NCBI GenBank assembly: GCA_046498495.1
Contig: JAWOAQ010000252.1
Location: forward strand, 1-56,058
Direction: 5' to 3'
Origin: Salinibacter sp.
Lineage (GTDB): Bacteria; Bacteroidota; Rhodothermia; Rhodothermales; Salinibacteraceae
Length of the DNA stretch: 56,058 nucleotides
Shown here piece by piece: positions 10,873 through 20,683 of the stretch (position 1 is its first letter; every line of letters starts with the position of its first letter). The notes beneath the pieces were generated by a model. It ran no database searches. It was not told the origin of the DNA and worked only from the letters and a program-made list of their open reading frames with translations. A program made the translations under genes and the position numbers.

Positions 10873-10988
10873 GAGCCGAAGGACATGGGGGGAAGAGAAA
10901 CCATTCGTTGGAGGTGTTCGTCAACAGAATGCTCCACGCGAGCATAATGTGTCGCTCAAACGTCTCCTGCGCCCAAACGGTTCAGCCG

Positions 10989-11273
10989 ATGGCCAACGAA
11001 TCCAACGAGTCACGGTACGACCAGACGCGTCGTCAGTTTGAAGCGTTTAGCCCCGAAGAGCGGACCCGATTTCTGATTGAGGCAACGGCATCCACGCTGG
11101 CACAAGGAATTGAGAGCGTGGGACGAACCCTGGCCCACGGCCTGCAGGATACCGTCCGGCGGGCACGTCAGCGTTCCGGTGGGGACGGATCCAAACCGGG
11201 TCCCGCCGAACCGGAAACGTCCCAGCGACAACAGCCGCGCAATGGGCGATCGGCCTCCCCCGACGATGCATAG
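10989..11273 (+). CDS. Small hypothetical protein (amphipathic helix, disordered tail)
   Basis: ATG at 10989 (MANESNESRY...). It fills the gap divergent from rsgA and has protein-like composition. Confidence 0.6.
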   Translation: MANESNESRYDQTRRQFEAFSPEERTRFLIEATASTLAQGIESVGRTLAHGLQDTVRRARQRSGGDGSKPGPAEPETSQRQQPRNGRSASPDDA

Positions 11274-11315
11274 GAGTAGCCCAATCCATTTGAGCCCCAG
11301 CCCAGCCCCCTCGCC

Positions 11316-11573
11316 ATGCCGAACGATCCGCCCCGCCGACGCACGAACTTTCGCGATCTCAACTGGCTTGGCAAGTCCGTGTATCTGGGCGGGGCCGTGA
11401 TGCGCCTGACCGCCAATCTGGTGGACACGACCGCCGATCGGGTCTCGTCCATTGCCGCAGAATCGAAGCGGGCCTTTGAGCGCGAGTTGGATCCGAACAT
11501 TGATGAGGCGCGGGTGATCGAGGAATATCCTCGTTCTCCCGAGGAAAAGCGGACGGAGCGCAACGAGTCCTGA
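11316..11573 (+). CDS. Small hypothetical protein
   Basis: 85-aa ORF with C-rich leader before ATG, co-oriented with the previous ORF, helical acidic C-terminus. Confidence 0.65.
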   Translation: MPNDPPRRRTNFRDLNWLGKSVYLGGAVMRLTANLVDTTADRVSSIAAESKRAFERELDPNIDEARVIEEYPRSPEEKRTERNES

Positions 11574-11735
11574 GTACGATCAGGCGCCTTTGGCCACGGG
11601 CACGGGCGAGGATTCCGGGGACGCCTGGATTGGCCCCCAAACCCGCATCGTGCAGCCCGCGATTGGTCAGGGCGTCCGTCTTCGCTCTATCCCGGACGCC
11701 GACCCCCTGCTTTGCCCGCCAGTTTGCTCCGCGCT

Positions 11736-11765
11736 CTCCAACTCGACCGGCTCCAACTCGACCGG
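11736..11765. repeat. Perfect 15-bp tandem duplication CTCCAACTCGACCGG x2
   Basis: Read directly at 11736-11750 and 11751-11765. Confidence 0.9.
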
Positions 11766-11926
11766 CCCACGCCCAGGTGGGGCGGCCCTCCGGCCGTGTC
11801 GCCCGGGCCTTGGCAAGCGGAAGCGGATCCCCGTGCGACGCCGGAAGCCCAAAACCAGATGTGCACGTGCCGCAGTCCGTCCCGAACCGCAGGAGGATGG
11901 CACGGAGGAGGGGAAGCCCGCGGCGG

Positions 11927-13396
11927 CTAGGAGGAGAAAACATGCTCCTGGATTAGCGTCTCCAGTTCCTCGAGCTTAAAGGGCTTTGAGAGAATGGCAT
12001 CCACATTCTCCACCGCAGCTTCGGTGTCCGTGTACCCTGTGAGGAGGACCACTGGCAGGTTCGGGTACGCCTCCCGAATCAACTGGGACAGCTCGGCCCC
12101 CGTCATTTCCGGCATGCCGAAGTCCGTGAACACAATGTCGAACGACGATTCCCCCAACTTCGAAAGGGCCTCGCGGCCGGACGCGGCGCACTCAACCTCG
12201 TGGCCGTTCACCGAAAGCAATTGTTCGGCGATTGAACGCACCATATCCTCATCATCCACGATTAGTACGTGAGTGCTCTGCTTTTCCGACGCGTCCACGG
12301 TGGACGCAGTCGCATCGGGGGAGTGCTCTTTGGCGGGGGGAAACGAAAGGATAAACTCCGTACCTTCGTCGGGGGTCGAGGTCACTTTTATATCCCCCTC
12401 GTGCTCCTGCACAATGCCGTAGCTGGCGGCCAGCCCCATACCGGTTCCCTGCTTGCCCTTCGTTGTAAACATCGGCTCGAACATGTTTTCCTGTACATCC
12501 GCGGTCATGCCGATGCCGGTGTCACGAATCCGCGCGCAGGCGCGGCCTCGGTCGTCGACGAACGTCTCGAACGTAAGCGTACCGCCATCGGGCATGGCCT
12601 GGACGGCGTTCAGAATGAGGTTGACGAACACCTCGCGGAGTTCGGTCGCGGAGCCTTTGATGTCCGGGACGGAGGAGAGGCTTCGGACCACCTCGATCTC
12701 AATGCCCTCGCGCCGCGGTTCGTTGTACCAGTAGGGCTGGGTGAGGGTAATGCAGTCTTCAATCAGTGTGCAGAGATCGAGTCGCTCAAAGTGCTTTTCG
12801 GTGTCCTGGCGGATGTACCGCTGGAGCTTCTCGATCAGGGCAGCCCCGTCTTCGGCCGTCTGTTCGATCGTTCGGAGGGAGGTTTGGAGCGGATCGCTAA
12901 TCTCCACTTCGGCGGTGAGCTTTTCGTAGAGGAGCTCTACGTGCCCGATCAAGCCACTCAGTAGGTTGTTGAGGTCGTGCGCCACGCCCATCGTCATGCG
13001 GCCCAGCGTTTCCATTCGGTGCCGCTGCGTCTGGCTGGTCATCCAGGAGGGCGGCTCGGCCATCACTTCACCGGTGATCGTGACGGCGGAGACGGAGTGC
13101 GCGCCGTTGCTTGACGTGTAGACGGGGATAAAGTTGAGCAGGACCGGATGGGCTTCCCCCCGGTCCGGAATGTGCGGCGAGACGACTCGGTTGCTGACCA
13201 GGCGTCCGCGGCCGGCCTCGAGGACCGAACTGGTGGCCAGTTCGCGGTCGTCGGGCTCCAGGTGGGCCCATGCCGATTCGGACGGGCCGAGGGCGGTGGT
13301 CCAGGCTTCGTTACAGTGTAGCAGATCGCCGGACGGAGAAAACGTGGCGGCGAGGAGCGTTGGTTCTACCGTGGGGACCGGGTCGGAAGGCGCCAT
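11927..13396 (-). CDS. Hybrid sensor histidine kinase/response regulator (PAS-like, HisKA, HATPase, REC), cytoplasmic
   Basis: H-box GVAHDLNNLL, N-box FVNLILNAVQAM, G1 DTGIGM, F-box FEPMFTTK, G2 GTGMGL; receiver VLIVDDE...FTDFGMP...KPF. No TM segment. Start taken at ATG 13396. Confidence 0.92.
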   Translation of the reverse strand: MAPSDPVPTVEPTLLAATFSPSGDLLHCNEAWTTALGPSESAWAHLEPDDRELATSSVLEAGRGRLVSNRVVSPHIPDRGEAHPVLLNFIPVYTSSNGAHSVSAVTITGEVMAEPPSWMTSQTQRHRMETLGRMTMGVAHDLNNLLSGLIGHVELLYEKLTAEVEISDPLQTSLRTIEQTAEDGAALIEKLQRYIRQDTEKHFERLDLCTLIEDCITLTQPYWYNEPRREGIEIEVVRSLSSVPDIKGSATELREVFVNLILNAVQAMPDGGTLTFETFVDDRGRACARIRDTGIGMTADVQENMFEPMFTTKGKQGTGMGLAASYGIVQEHEGDIKVTSTPDEGTEFILSFPPAKEHSPDATASTVDASEKQSTHVLIVDDEDMVRSIAEQLLSVNGHEVECAASGREALSKLGESSFDIVFTDFGMPEMTGAELSQLIREAYPNLPVVLLTGYTDTEAAVENVDAILSKPFKLEELETLIQEHVFSS

Positions 13397-13609
13397 CGGC
13401 GGGGGGCGGTGGGGCGCGGAAGTGATACAGCGACGGGGACGGAGGCTGACAACCTCCTCGACGCTTATTATCTTTAATACAAGGGGAACGATCAAATTCG
13501 TCGGGCAACTGTTCCATTCCGGTATTCGTAGATCTCTCCTCTGGTTTTTCCCGGGGCCGGCCGAAGCGCTTTCACCCTCTTGCTCCTCTCACACAGTCTA
13601 CGCCAACCC

Positions 13610-15016
13610 ATGTGGCACGATTCTGTCCTTGGTACCATCGGCAACACGCCGCTTGTTCGCATCAACACCCTCGCCAACGACGTTCCGTGCACTGTCCTGG
13701 GAAAGGTTGAATTCTTCAATCCAGGAGGGTCGGTCAAGGATCGGATTGGCGTCAGCATGATTGAGGCCGCGGAGGAGGAGGGTCTGATTGAGCCCGGGGG
13801 GACCATCATTGAGGGCACGAGCGGCAACACGGGCGCCGGGCTGGCCATTGCGGCGATTGCCAAGGGCTATCGGTGTATCTTTACGACGACCGACAAGCAG
13901 AGCCAGGAGAAGGTCGACGTGCTCCGCGGGTTGGGGGCCGAGGTGCTGGTGTGCCCGACGAATGTGGAGCCGGACGACCCACGAAGCTACTATTCGGTGG
14001 CCCGCCGGCTGGCCGATGAAATCCCCAACTCGATCTACCTCAACCAGTACGACAACCCGGCAAACGCCCAGGCCCATTACGAAACCACAGGGCCGGAGCT
14101 CTGGGACCAGACCGATGGACGCATCACCCACTTTGTGGCGGGGGGCGGCACGGGCGGTACCATCAGTGGCACGTCGCGGTACCTCAAAGAGCAGAACGAA
14201 GACATTACGGTGATTGGCGTTGACCCGGCGGGCTCGGTGTTCTATAAGTACTTCCACGAAGGGGTCTTCGACGAGGATGAGATCTACCCTTATTTCACGG
14301 AAGGCGTCGGCGAGGATATCTTGCCGGGAAACATGGATTTCGACATCGTCGATGACTTCGTGCAGGTGAACGACACGCCCGCCATGCAGATGACCCGACG
14401 CCTCGCGCAGGAAGAGGGTCTTTTCATCGGTCAGTCGTGCGGGATGGCAATGGCGGGGGCGCTGCAGTGGCTCCGCGACCACCGTGAAGAGCTATCGGAG
14501 GACGATGTGGTGGTTGTGCTCTTGCCGGATTCGGGCTTCCGCTATCTCTCGAAGACGTACAACGACGAGTGGATGCGGAACCACGGCTTTCTGAAAAGCA
14601 AGCCGGAGGTGACGGCCGGCGAGGTATTGGGCCTGCGCCCGCAACAGGACGATATCATATCGGCGGCTCCCGACGACACGATTGGTACCCTCATTGAGCG
14701 AATGACGGAGCAGGGGATTTCTCAAATGCCGGTGATCGACGAGGGGGGAGAGGTGGTGGGGAGCATTACCGAGTCCCGCATTCTGAACCACTTGATCGAA
14801 GATCCGGAGACGCGAAACGACCCCGTGGAGAACATCATGGGGGAGCCGCTCCCGGTTGTACCCTCCTCACTCCATCTCGAGCACCTGTCGGCCTACCTGG
14901 AGGAAACCGCAGGGGCCGTCCTCGTGAATCATGAGTCGGAGCAAAGCTACTCCATCCTCACGAAGAGTGACCTCATCAGTGCCCTGGCCAAGGTCGGCAA
15001 CGGCAATCATTCCTGA
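13610..15016 (+). CDS. Cystathionine beta-synthase (PLP enzyme with C-terminal CBS pair)
   Basis: IGNTPLV, NPGGSVKDRI (PLP Lys), TSGNTG, GGGTGGT, C-terminal CBS domains (GISQMPV). ATG at 13610. Confidence 0.92.
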   Translation: MWHDSVLGTIGNTPLVRINTLANDVPCTVLGKVEFFNPGGSVKDRIGVSMIEAAEEEGLIEPGGTIIEGTSGNTGAGLAIAAIAKGYRCIFTTTDKQSQEKVDVLRGLGAEVLVCPTNVEPDDPRSYYSVARRLADEIPNSIYLNQYDNPANAQAHYETTGPELWDQTDGRITHFVAGGGTGGTISGTSRYLKEQNEDITVIGVDPAGSVFYKYFHEGVFDEDEIYPYFTEGVGEDILPGNMDFDIVDDFVQVNDTPAMQMTRRLAQEEGLFIGQSCGMAMAGALQWLRDHREELSEDDVVVVLLPDSGFRYLSKTYNDEWMRNHGFLKSKPEVTAGEVLGLRPQQDDIISAAPDDTIGTLIERMTEQGISQMPVIDEGGEVVGSITESRILNHLIEDPETRNDPVENIMGEPLPVVPSSLHLEHLSAYLEETAGAVLVNHESEQSYSILTKSDLISALAKVGNGNHS

Positions 15017-15030
15017 GCGGCTCGCGCTTA

Positions 15031-16113
15031 TCAGGTACGGGTACGCCAAAGAACGAGGAGGGCCACGCCGGCAAAGACGACGTGGGGCAGCCACGCGGTG
15101 ACGGCCGGATCCAGGGCCCCAGCGTAGCCGAACGGCTCGGCAAGTTTTTGTATCGAGAGGTACACAAAGGCAATCAGAAGCCCAATGGCGAACCGGGTGG
15201 CCTGTCCTCCGCGCCGCCGGACGGCCGCAATGGGCATGCCGATGAGCACGAGAATCAAATTGGCGAAGGGGTACGCGAACTTGTTGTAGTATGCGACAAG
15301 GGCCCGCCCGAGATTGCCAACCCCGGCCCGCCGGAGGGCCAGCAAGTGATTACGGGCCGTGGGGATGGTCATGGCCGCCACGTCGTTTTGGGAGCGGGCC
15401 AGGTCCTTCGGGAGAATTTGAAGCGTGGTGTCAAGGGAGGCGATTGTTTGTTGCGTCGAGCCGTCCTCGCTGAAGCGGCGGATGGTGACGTCCTCCAGCC
15501 GCCACGTGTCTAGGGAGTCGATCCATTCCATGCGGTCGGCATCGAGGCGGCGAAGGAGCCGGGAGGGGCCGTCGAAGGTCTGTAAAGACACCGCGTGGGC
15601 CTGCTTCCGGTCCCGATTGTAGTAGCCAACCGCGAGGATTGATTCGGGGCTGTTCTGCCGGTGAATCTCGTCGAGCGTGGGAGAGCGCGTGCCTCTGTTA
15701 AGGTACTCGTTCTCGTACTCGACCACCGTCTCGTTGGTGCGGGGCACGACCCATCCGTTGAAGCCAAACATGAAAACCGTGACCACCAGACCGACGATGG
15801 CGTAGGGCCGCAGCAGGCGGTACAGTGACACCCCGGAGGTTTGGAGCGCCGAGAGTTGGAGTTGCTGGGCCAGCGTGCCGGTCAGGTAGATGCACGCAAG
15901 AAAGAGGGCGAGGGGAGAGGTGAGCCGAATAATCTCCGGGACGTAGCTCGGGTAAAACACCGTGAACACCTCACGGATGCTGGCCCCTCCATCGAGAAAA
16001 TCGTCGCTGTACTCCACCCAGTGGAGGACGACGAAAAAGATGATCAGCGCCCCGATGAAAAGGACGAACCCCTTCAGGAGGCGGGCGATGATGTGGCGGT
16101 CGAACGTGGTCAT
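15031..16113 (-). CDS. LptF/LptG family LPS export permease (LptG-like)
   Basis: MTTFDRHII start, ALQTSGVSLYRLLRP motif, 3 TM + periplasmic domain + 3 TM, AWLPHVVF at the C-terminus. Confidence 0.88.
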   Translation of the reverse strand: MTTFDRHIIARLLKGFVLFIGALIIFFVVLHWVEYSDDFLDGGASIREVFTVFYPSYVPEIIRLTSPLALFLACIYLTGTLAQQLQLSALQTSGVSLYRLLRPYAIVGLVVTVFMFGFNGWVVPRTNETVVEYENEYLNRGTRSPTLDEIHRQNSPESILAVGYYNRDRKQAHAVSLQTFDGPSRLLRRLDADRMEWIDSLDTWRLEDVTIRRFSEDGSTQQTIASLDTTLQILPKDLARSQNDVAAMTIPTARNHLLALRRAGVGNLGRALVAYYNKFAYPFANLILVLIGMPIAAVRRRGGQATRFAIGLLIAFVYLSIQKLAEPFGYAGALDPAVTAWLPHVVFAGVALLVLWRTRT

Positions 16114-16269
16114 CGGGCGCCGGGCGCCGGGCGGCTGCGAGGGAGAGCGGGGCCGGGGACGGAATCCATCCTCGAACACCCCGCAAAGACGTCACGAGAA
16201 GTAGACCTTTTCGGCTCCGACCGTTTACTTCCAAGCGAACGGTCCGTTCATCGAACCCACGCCATCTCC

Positions 16270-17448
16270 ATGAAGCTCCACGAATACCAAGCAAAAGACC
16301 TCCTCCGTGACTACGACGTGGCGGTGCCTCCAGACACCGTGGTCGACACCGTTGAGGATGCCGTTGCGGCGGCGCAGGACCTGGAGGCAAACGGGGCCGA
16401 CCTCTTCGTCGTCAAGGCACAGATTCACGCCGGCGGCCGCGGGAAGGGCGGGGGCGTGGAGTTGGCCGATACTGTAGAGGAGGTCCGGACGCACGCGGAG
16501 GCCATCTTGGGGATGGACCTTGTAACGCACCAGACGGGCCCGGAGGGGCAGAAGGTGCGCAAGGTCCTTGTGACGGAGGGGGTCGACATCGCACAGGAAT
16601 ACTACTTGGGCGTCACGCTCGACCGCGAAAAGAGCATGAACGTCATCATGGTATCGACGGAGGGGGGCGTTGACATTGAGACTGTAGCGGAGGAGGCGCC
16701 GGAGAAGATCGAGAAGGTCTGGGTCGATCCCTCGATCGGGCTGCAACCGTTTCATGCCCGTCGACTGGCGTTCGCCATGAACCTGGAGGGAGACGCCTTT
16801 AAACAGGCCGTACAGGCAATTGAGGGGCTGTACCACGCATTTGAGGAAACGGACAGCACCCTTGCAGAAATCAATCCGTTGGTGCGCACGCCCTCGGGGG
16901 ATATTACAGCCGTGGACGCCAAGATCAACCTCGACGATAACGCGCTTTTCCGCCATCCGGACCTGGAAGAGTTGCGCGACCTCCACGAGGAAGATCCCAC
17001 CGAGGTCGAGGCCGGCGAGCACGGCCTCAGCTACATCAAACTCGAGGGCAACGTCGGGTGCATGGTGAATGGGGCCGGCCTGGCCATGGCCACGATGGAC
17101 ATCATCAAGCTGGCGGGCGGCGAGCCCGCAAACTTCCTGGACGTGGGCGGCGCGGCCAGCGCCGACACGGTGGAGGCTGGATTCCGCATCATCCTGAAGG
17201 ACGAGAATGTGGAAGCCATCTTGGTCAATATTTTCGGCGGCATTGTGCGGTGCGACCGCGTGGCGCGCGGTGTGATCGAAGCCGCGGAGAACATCGACAT
17301 CGATGTCCCGCTCATTGTGCGCCTGCAGGGCACCAACGCCGAGGAAGGCAAGCGCCTGCTTGACGAGAGCGACGTCACGATTGAATCCGCCGTGCTGCTA
17401 AAGGAGGCCGCCGACAAGGTGACCCAGGCCTTAGAGGTAAACGCGTAA
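16270..17448 (+). CDS. sucC: Succinyl-CoA synthetase beta subunit
   Basis: MKLHEYQAK, KAQIHAGGRGKGGGV, GCMVNGAGLAMATMD, PANFLDVGG, NIFGGIVRCD. True start is ATG 16270. Confidence 0.97.
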   Translation: MKLHEYQAKDLLRDYDVAVPPDTVVDTVEDAVAAAQDLEANGADLFVVKAQIHAGGRGKGGGVELADTVEEVRTHAEAILGMDLVTHQTGPEGQKVRKVLVTEGVDIAQEYYLGVTLDREKSMNVIMVSTEGGVDIETVAEEAPEKIEKVWVDPSIGLQPFHARRLAFAMNLEGDAFKQAVQAIEGLYHAFEETDSTLAEINPLVRTPSGDITAVDAKINLDDNALFRHPDLEELRDLHEEDPTEVEAGEHGLSYIKLEGNVGCMVNGAGLAMATMDIIKLAGGEPANFLDVGGAASADTVEAGFRIILKDENVEAILVNIFGGIVRCDRVARGVIEAAENIDIDVPLIVRLQGTNAEEGKRLLDESDVTIESAVLLKEAADKVTQALEVNA

Positions 17449-17595
17449 GCGTTCCCTTTGGGGCCGCTCGATCAGATGCGGTTGCAGCGGAGGAGGGCAG
17501 GGTCCCGGGGCAGCCAAATTTCGTAACCAGACGGCTTGCAGTTGGCGGAGCCGGTGGGCCAGCGGGAGTGGAACCGGACCACCAGCCTGCGTCCA

Positions 17596-20500
17596 TCAGG
17601 GGAACCGGCCGCCGCCCCGGCCCTGTCCGCCGCCGGCAGCATTCTGTACCGTGCCCCGCAGCTGGTCGCCGAAGCCCCCGAGACGGCCCTCACCCCCGGC
17701 GTTCGGCAGCTGGAGCTGGAGAAGCTGCGCAAGCTGTCCACTCCGGACCTGGAGGTTGAAGCTGTAGGACTGATAGCGCCCGAAGGGCACCCAGCTAAAG
17801 GACATCACCCAGCAATCGCAGGCTCCAACCACCCGGCTTGTGGACAGCCGCGTAGTGGCCAATTCGTCGTCCACAAAGTCGTATCCGGTGCGGCCCTGGA
17901 TTTGCCACTTCGACGTGAGGCCCAGACTGAACTGGGTGCCTAGCGTAGCAGTTCGACTGGTGATCTCCTTCTGCGGTTTGTTCAGCCGATAGTTGAAGTC
18001 AAAGCTCAACGACCAGGGCAGGTCCAGCTCCGCAATCCCGTCGGGGGCCGACGATTCCGCTTGATCACGCGCTGGGGTTGGACTGTCGGAAGGACGCGCC
18101 GGTGCCCCCTCGCGGCCGGCCCCCCCGGCCCCGCGTCCCTGGCTCATGCCCCGTCCCGCGTCGTCACCGCTCCGAAAGCGCCCACTCACCCCCATCCGAA
18201 AGCTGGTGAGCCGCGCCGGCGTCCAGGGACTCTCCGCGACCATGTACCGGTCGACGCGCTGATATGCGGTCCCGTCATTGCCGGACCGTGCGGGGCGAAG
18301 GGCGTAGGGCGAGAACGAGGCGTTGGCTGTCACGTCGAACCGTTCGATCGACGTCCGGCCATTGAGCCGAATGTTGTCGCTCACCCGAAAGGAGTCCGCA
18401 GCAAAATTATAGCTGAGGCCCTGGACGTCGAGATTGAGGAGGGTGACTTTTTCGGTGTCTCGCTCCCCGGTTGAGTCGACCCGGACGCGTTTGGTCTCAA
18501 AGACGTTGCGGAGGGAGAAGCTGAGGTTGCGCTGTTCGGTGCTGCTCTGAACGAGCGAGCCGGTAAGGATGTCGTATCGAAGAACCTCGCCTGTCTGCGG
18601 CTTCACCACCGGCGTGCCGTCGGGGGTGCGGAGGGGGCGCGTCCGGCCCCAAAACGGCCGATTGAAGTCTGGCTGGTAGTTCGCCGAGAGCGACGGAGAG
18701 AGCCGGTGGCGCAGTCCTTCGAACGACCCAAGGGCGATCGGAAACGTTCCGTAAGCCTCGGTGCTGGCTGAGAGCGAGGTGCTGAAGTCGTGGCGGGCGT
18801 AAAAGCCGGGCGTCACCCGTTCGTCCGTTGCCCTGCGCTGGTCGGCATCGCTGGTATCAACGACACGAACCGTGTTGATGTACCAGTCCGATGTGTAGTC
18901 CACATTCGGTGAAATGGACAGGTTGTACCGGTCAACCCGAAAAGAGGCGCTCAGCGGAACGCGGTGGCTGGCCTCGAAGTCGAAAAGTTCGTCGTCGCCG
19001 GTCGCGAGGCGGTACTTCTCCCGGTCAAAAAGTGCCTCGTACCAGTCAATGCTGGCCTGATCTATACTGTCGGCCAGGGTGGAGTCTCCCGGGGTTTGGT
19101 TCTCTCGTAACCCTTGTGGATCGCGGGGGTCGTAGTTGAAGTTGTTCGTGAGGTCAAAGTTGTAAGACGTGGTGATCTTTTCGTACCACTCATCCTGCCC
19201 GACGGCCTGCTCGCGGTCGAAGGGCTTGAATCGGTTCTGAGAAAAGCTGAGATCCGGGGCCGTGAGTCGCACCTCGCCGCTCTGGAACTTTTGTTTTTGA
19301 TTGGCACTGATGTTCAACTGCCGCCCCCCCTGCGGCCACCGCTTCCGGTAGTTGATCGACGACGAAATATCCTGTCGAACCGCATCGTCGTAGTTGTCGC
19401 TGTTGCGCTGGGCAAAGTCGGACGAGGTAACCAGGTTGACCCGTCCGTTCAGGCTGGCGGTGGGGGAGAGGGTTTGGTCATGCGTCCAGTTGAGCTGGCC
19501 CTCGTGTCGGTTTTGAAAGCTTGGGTCCTCCTCCTCGCCGATCCGTTCCCGGCGGTAGGTGAGCGACACGTCTCCGCTGTAATTGTACCGGAGGTTGTAC
19601 CGGAATCGGGGCCGAACTTCAAAGCTGCCCTGCGACCACACCCCGGCCCGTATGGTGAGGTCCGTGTAATCGTTGAGGGCAAAGTACCATCCCCAATCCT
19701 TCAGGAAGAGGCCGCGGCGGTCCTCTCCGTAATTGGGCGGCAGCGGGCCGCTGCGCCGCCCCTCCGTATTCGGGAGAAGCCCAAAGGGCAGCCAGAGGGG
19801 CGTGGGCACGTTGAAAAGAAAGAGCTGGATGGGCCCCGTGTACACCCACTGATCCTGCACCTTCATCTCAGTGGATCGGAGCGAGTAGGAGGGCGTCAGA
19901 TCCCGGGGGCAGTCGCACGTGGTATAGAGCCCGCCCTGCACAAACAGCGTGCTGTCTTCAAATACCTTCACCGCACCGCCCTGGATGAAGCCGTCTTGTC
20001 GCTGGGTTTGGGCCGAGACAACCCGCCCCCGCTGCGTATTGATGTTGTATGAAAGCGTTGTGCCGGTAAACGACGCGTCCCCTCCTCCGAGGCCCTGCTG
20101 AGCCCCTGCACTCTCAGCGCCCCCCCCTTCGCCGCCGCCCCGTTGCTCGAACACCGGGCGGCCATTCCGGGCCGTGTCCGAAGGCGGCCCGGTTGCGTCC
20201 AGGGTTCCGCTCTCAAAGTCCATCTCGATGATCCGTGCGCGAAGGGTGGCGCCCTGGTGGGACATGGAAGCCTCGCCATGAAGCGAGCCCCGATCTCCCG
20301 CCCCACTGTCGGTGACCACCACGAGCGAGTCCTGGGCTGAGAATTCGACGGCTTCCGCACTGCCCTGGCCCTGACGCGCGCCGGCGCCATCAGGGGGGCC
20401 CGCCTCGGGGTCGGAGGGAGGAGGGTCCTCATCCTCCCCCGCCGCTTCCGTCAGGGAATCCGTGGGGACACGCCGAGTGGTGTCAACCTGCACAGAGTCA

Positions 20501-20604
20501 GAACGGGTCGTGTCGGCTGGACGCTCCTGCCCACGGGCCACGTGGAGCCCCATCCAGACGAGCATGGCACACCCAAGCCCGACAAGAACCCGACGCGCAA
20601 CCAT
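17596..20604 (-). CDS. lptD: Putative LPS-assembly protein LptD (Bacteroidota/Rhodothermota type)
   Basis: Signal peptide from ATG 20604, OstA-like N-domain with YTTCDC, PLWLPFG motif, long beta-barrel, C-terminal CWVMSFSWVPFG..SYSFNLQV. Confidence 0.8.
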   Translation of the reverse strand: MVARRVLVGLGCAMLVWMGLHVARGQERPADTTRSDSVQVDTTRRVPTDSLTEAAGEDEDPPPSDPEAGPPDGAGARQGQGSAEAVEFSAQDSLVVVTDSGAGDRGSLHGEASMSHQGATLRARIIEMDFESGTLDATGPPSDTARNGRPVFEQRGGGEGGGAESAGAQQGLGGGDASFTGTTLSYNINTQRGRVVSAQTQRQDGFIQGGAVKVFEDSTLFVQGGLYTTCDCPRDLTPSYSLRSTEMKVQDQWVYTGPIQLFLFNVPTPLWLPFGLLPNTEGRRSGPLPPNYGEDRRGLFLKDWGWYFALNDYTDLTIRAGVWSQGSFEVRPRFRYNLRYNYSGDVSLTYRRERIGEEEDPSFQNRHEGQLNWTHDQTLSPTASLNGRVNLVTSSDFAQRNSDNYDDAVRQDISSSINYRKRWPQGGRQLNISANQKQKFQSGEVRLTAPDLSFSQNRFKPFDREQAVGQDEWYEKITTSYNFDLTNNFNYDPRDPQGLRENQTPGDSTLADSIDQASIDWYEALFDREKYRLATGDDELFDFEASHRVPLSASFRVDRYNLSISPNVDYTSDWYINTVRVVDTSDADQRRATDERVTPGFYARHDFSTSLSASTEAYGTFPIALGSFEGLRHRLSPSLSANYQPDFNRPFWGRTRPLRTPDGTPVVKPQTGEVLRYDILTGSLVQSSTEQRNLSFSLRNVFETKRVRVDSTGERDTEKVTLLNLDVQGLSYNFAADSFRVSDNIRLNGRTSIERFDVTANASFSPYALRPARSGNDGTAYQRVDRYMVAESPWTPARLTSFRMGVSGRFRSGDDAGRGMSQGRGAGGAGREGAPARPSDSPTPARDQAESSAPDGIAELDLPWSLSFDFNYRLNKPQKEITSRTATLGTQFSLGLTSKWQIQGRTGYDFVDDELATTRLSTSRVVGACDCWVMSFSWVPFGRYQSYSFNLQVRSGQLAQLLQLQLPNAGGEGRLGGFGDQLRGTVQNAAGGGQGRGGGRFP

Positions 20605-20683
20605 GGAGAACGAAAGCGAAAAACAACACGACGAAACCGGACCTCTTTCTGGACCCCCAACAAGTACAGGGCCTCCGCGCGAG

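Noticed and set aside
11574-11926. RNase P RNA, SRP RNA or tmRNA in the long convergent gap
   Set aside because: I could not find the hallmark motifs (GAGGAAAGTCC; CAGG...GGAA...AGCAG; tRNA-like ends) on either strand.
15841-16269. Long N-terminal extension of SucC; similar extensions on ppdK, eno, lptD, ftsB, iscA and the DUF3267 gene
   Set aside because: These are stop-poor high-GC artefacts, often overlapping neighbouring genes. Family-typical N-termini begin at the downstream ATGs.
16270-17448. sucC without adjacent sucD as a sign of gene loss
   Set aside because: Unlinked sucC and sucD are common in Bacteroidota-related genomes, and the gene is intact.
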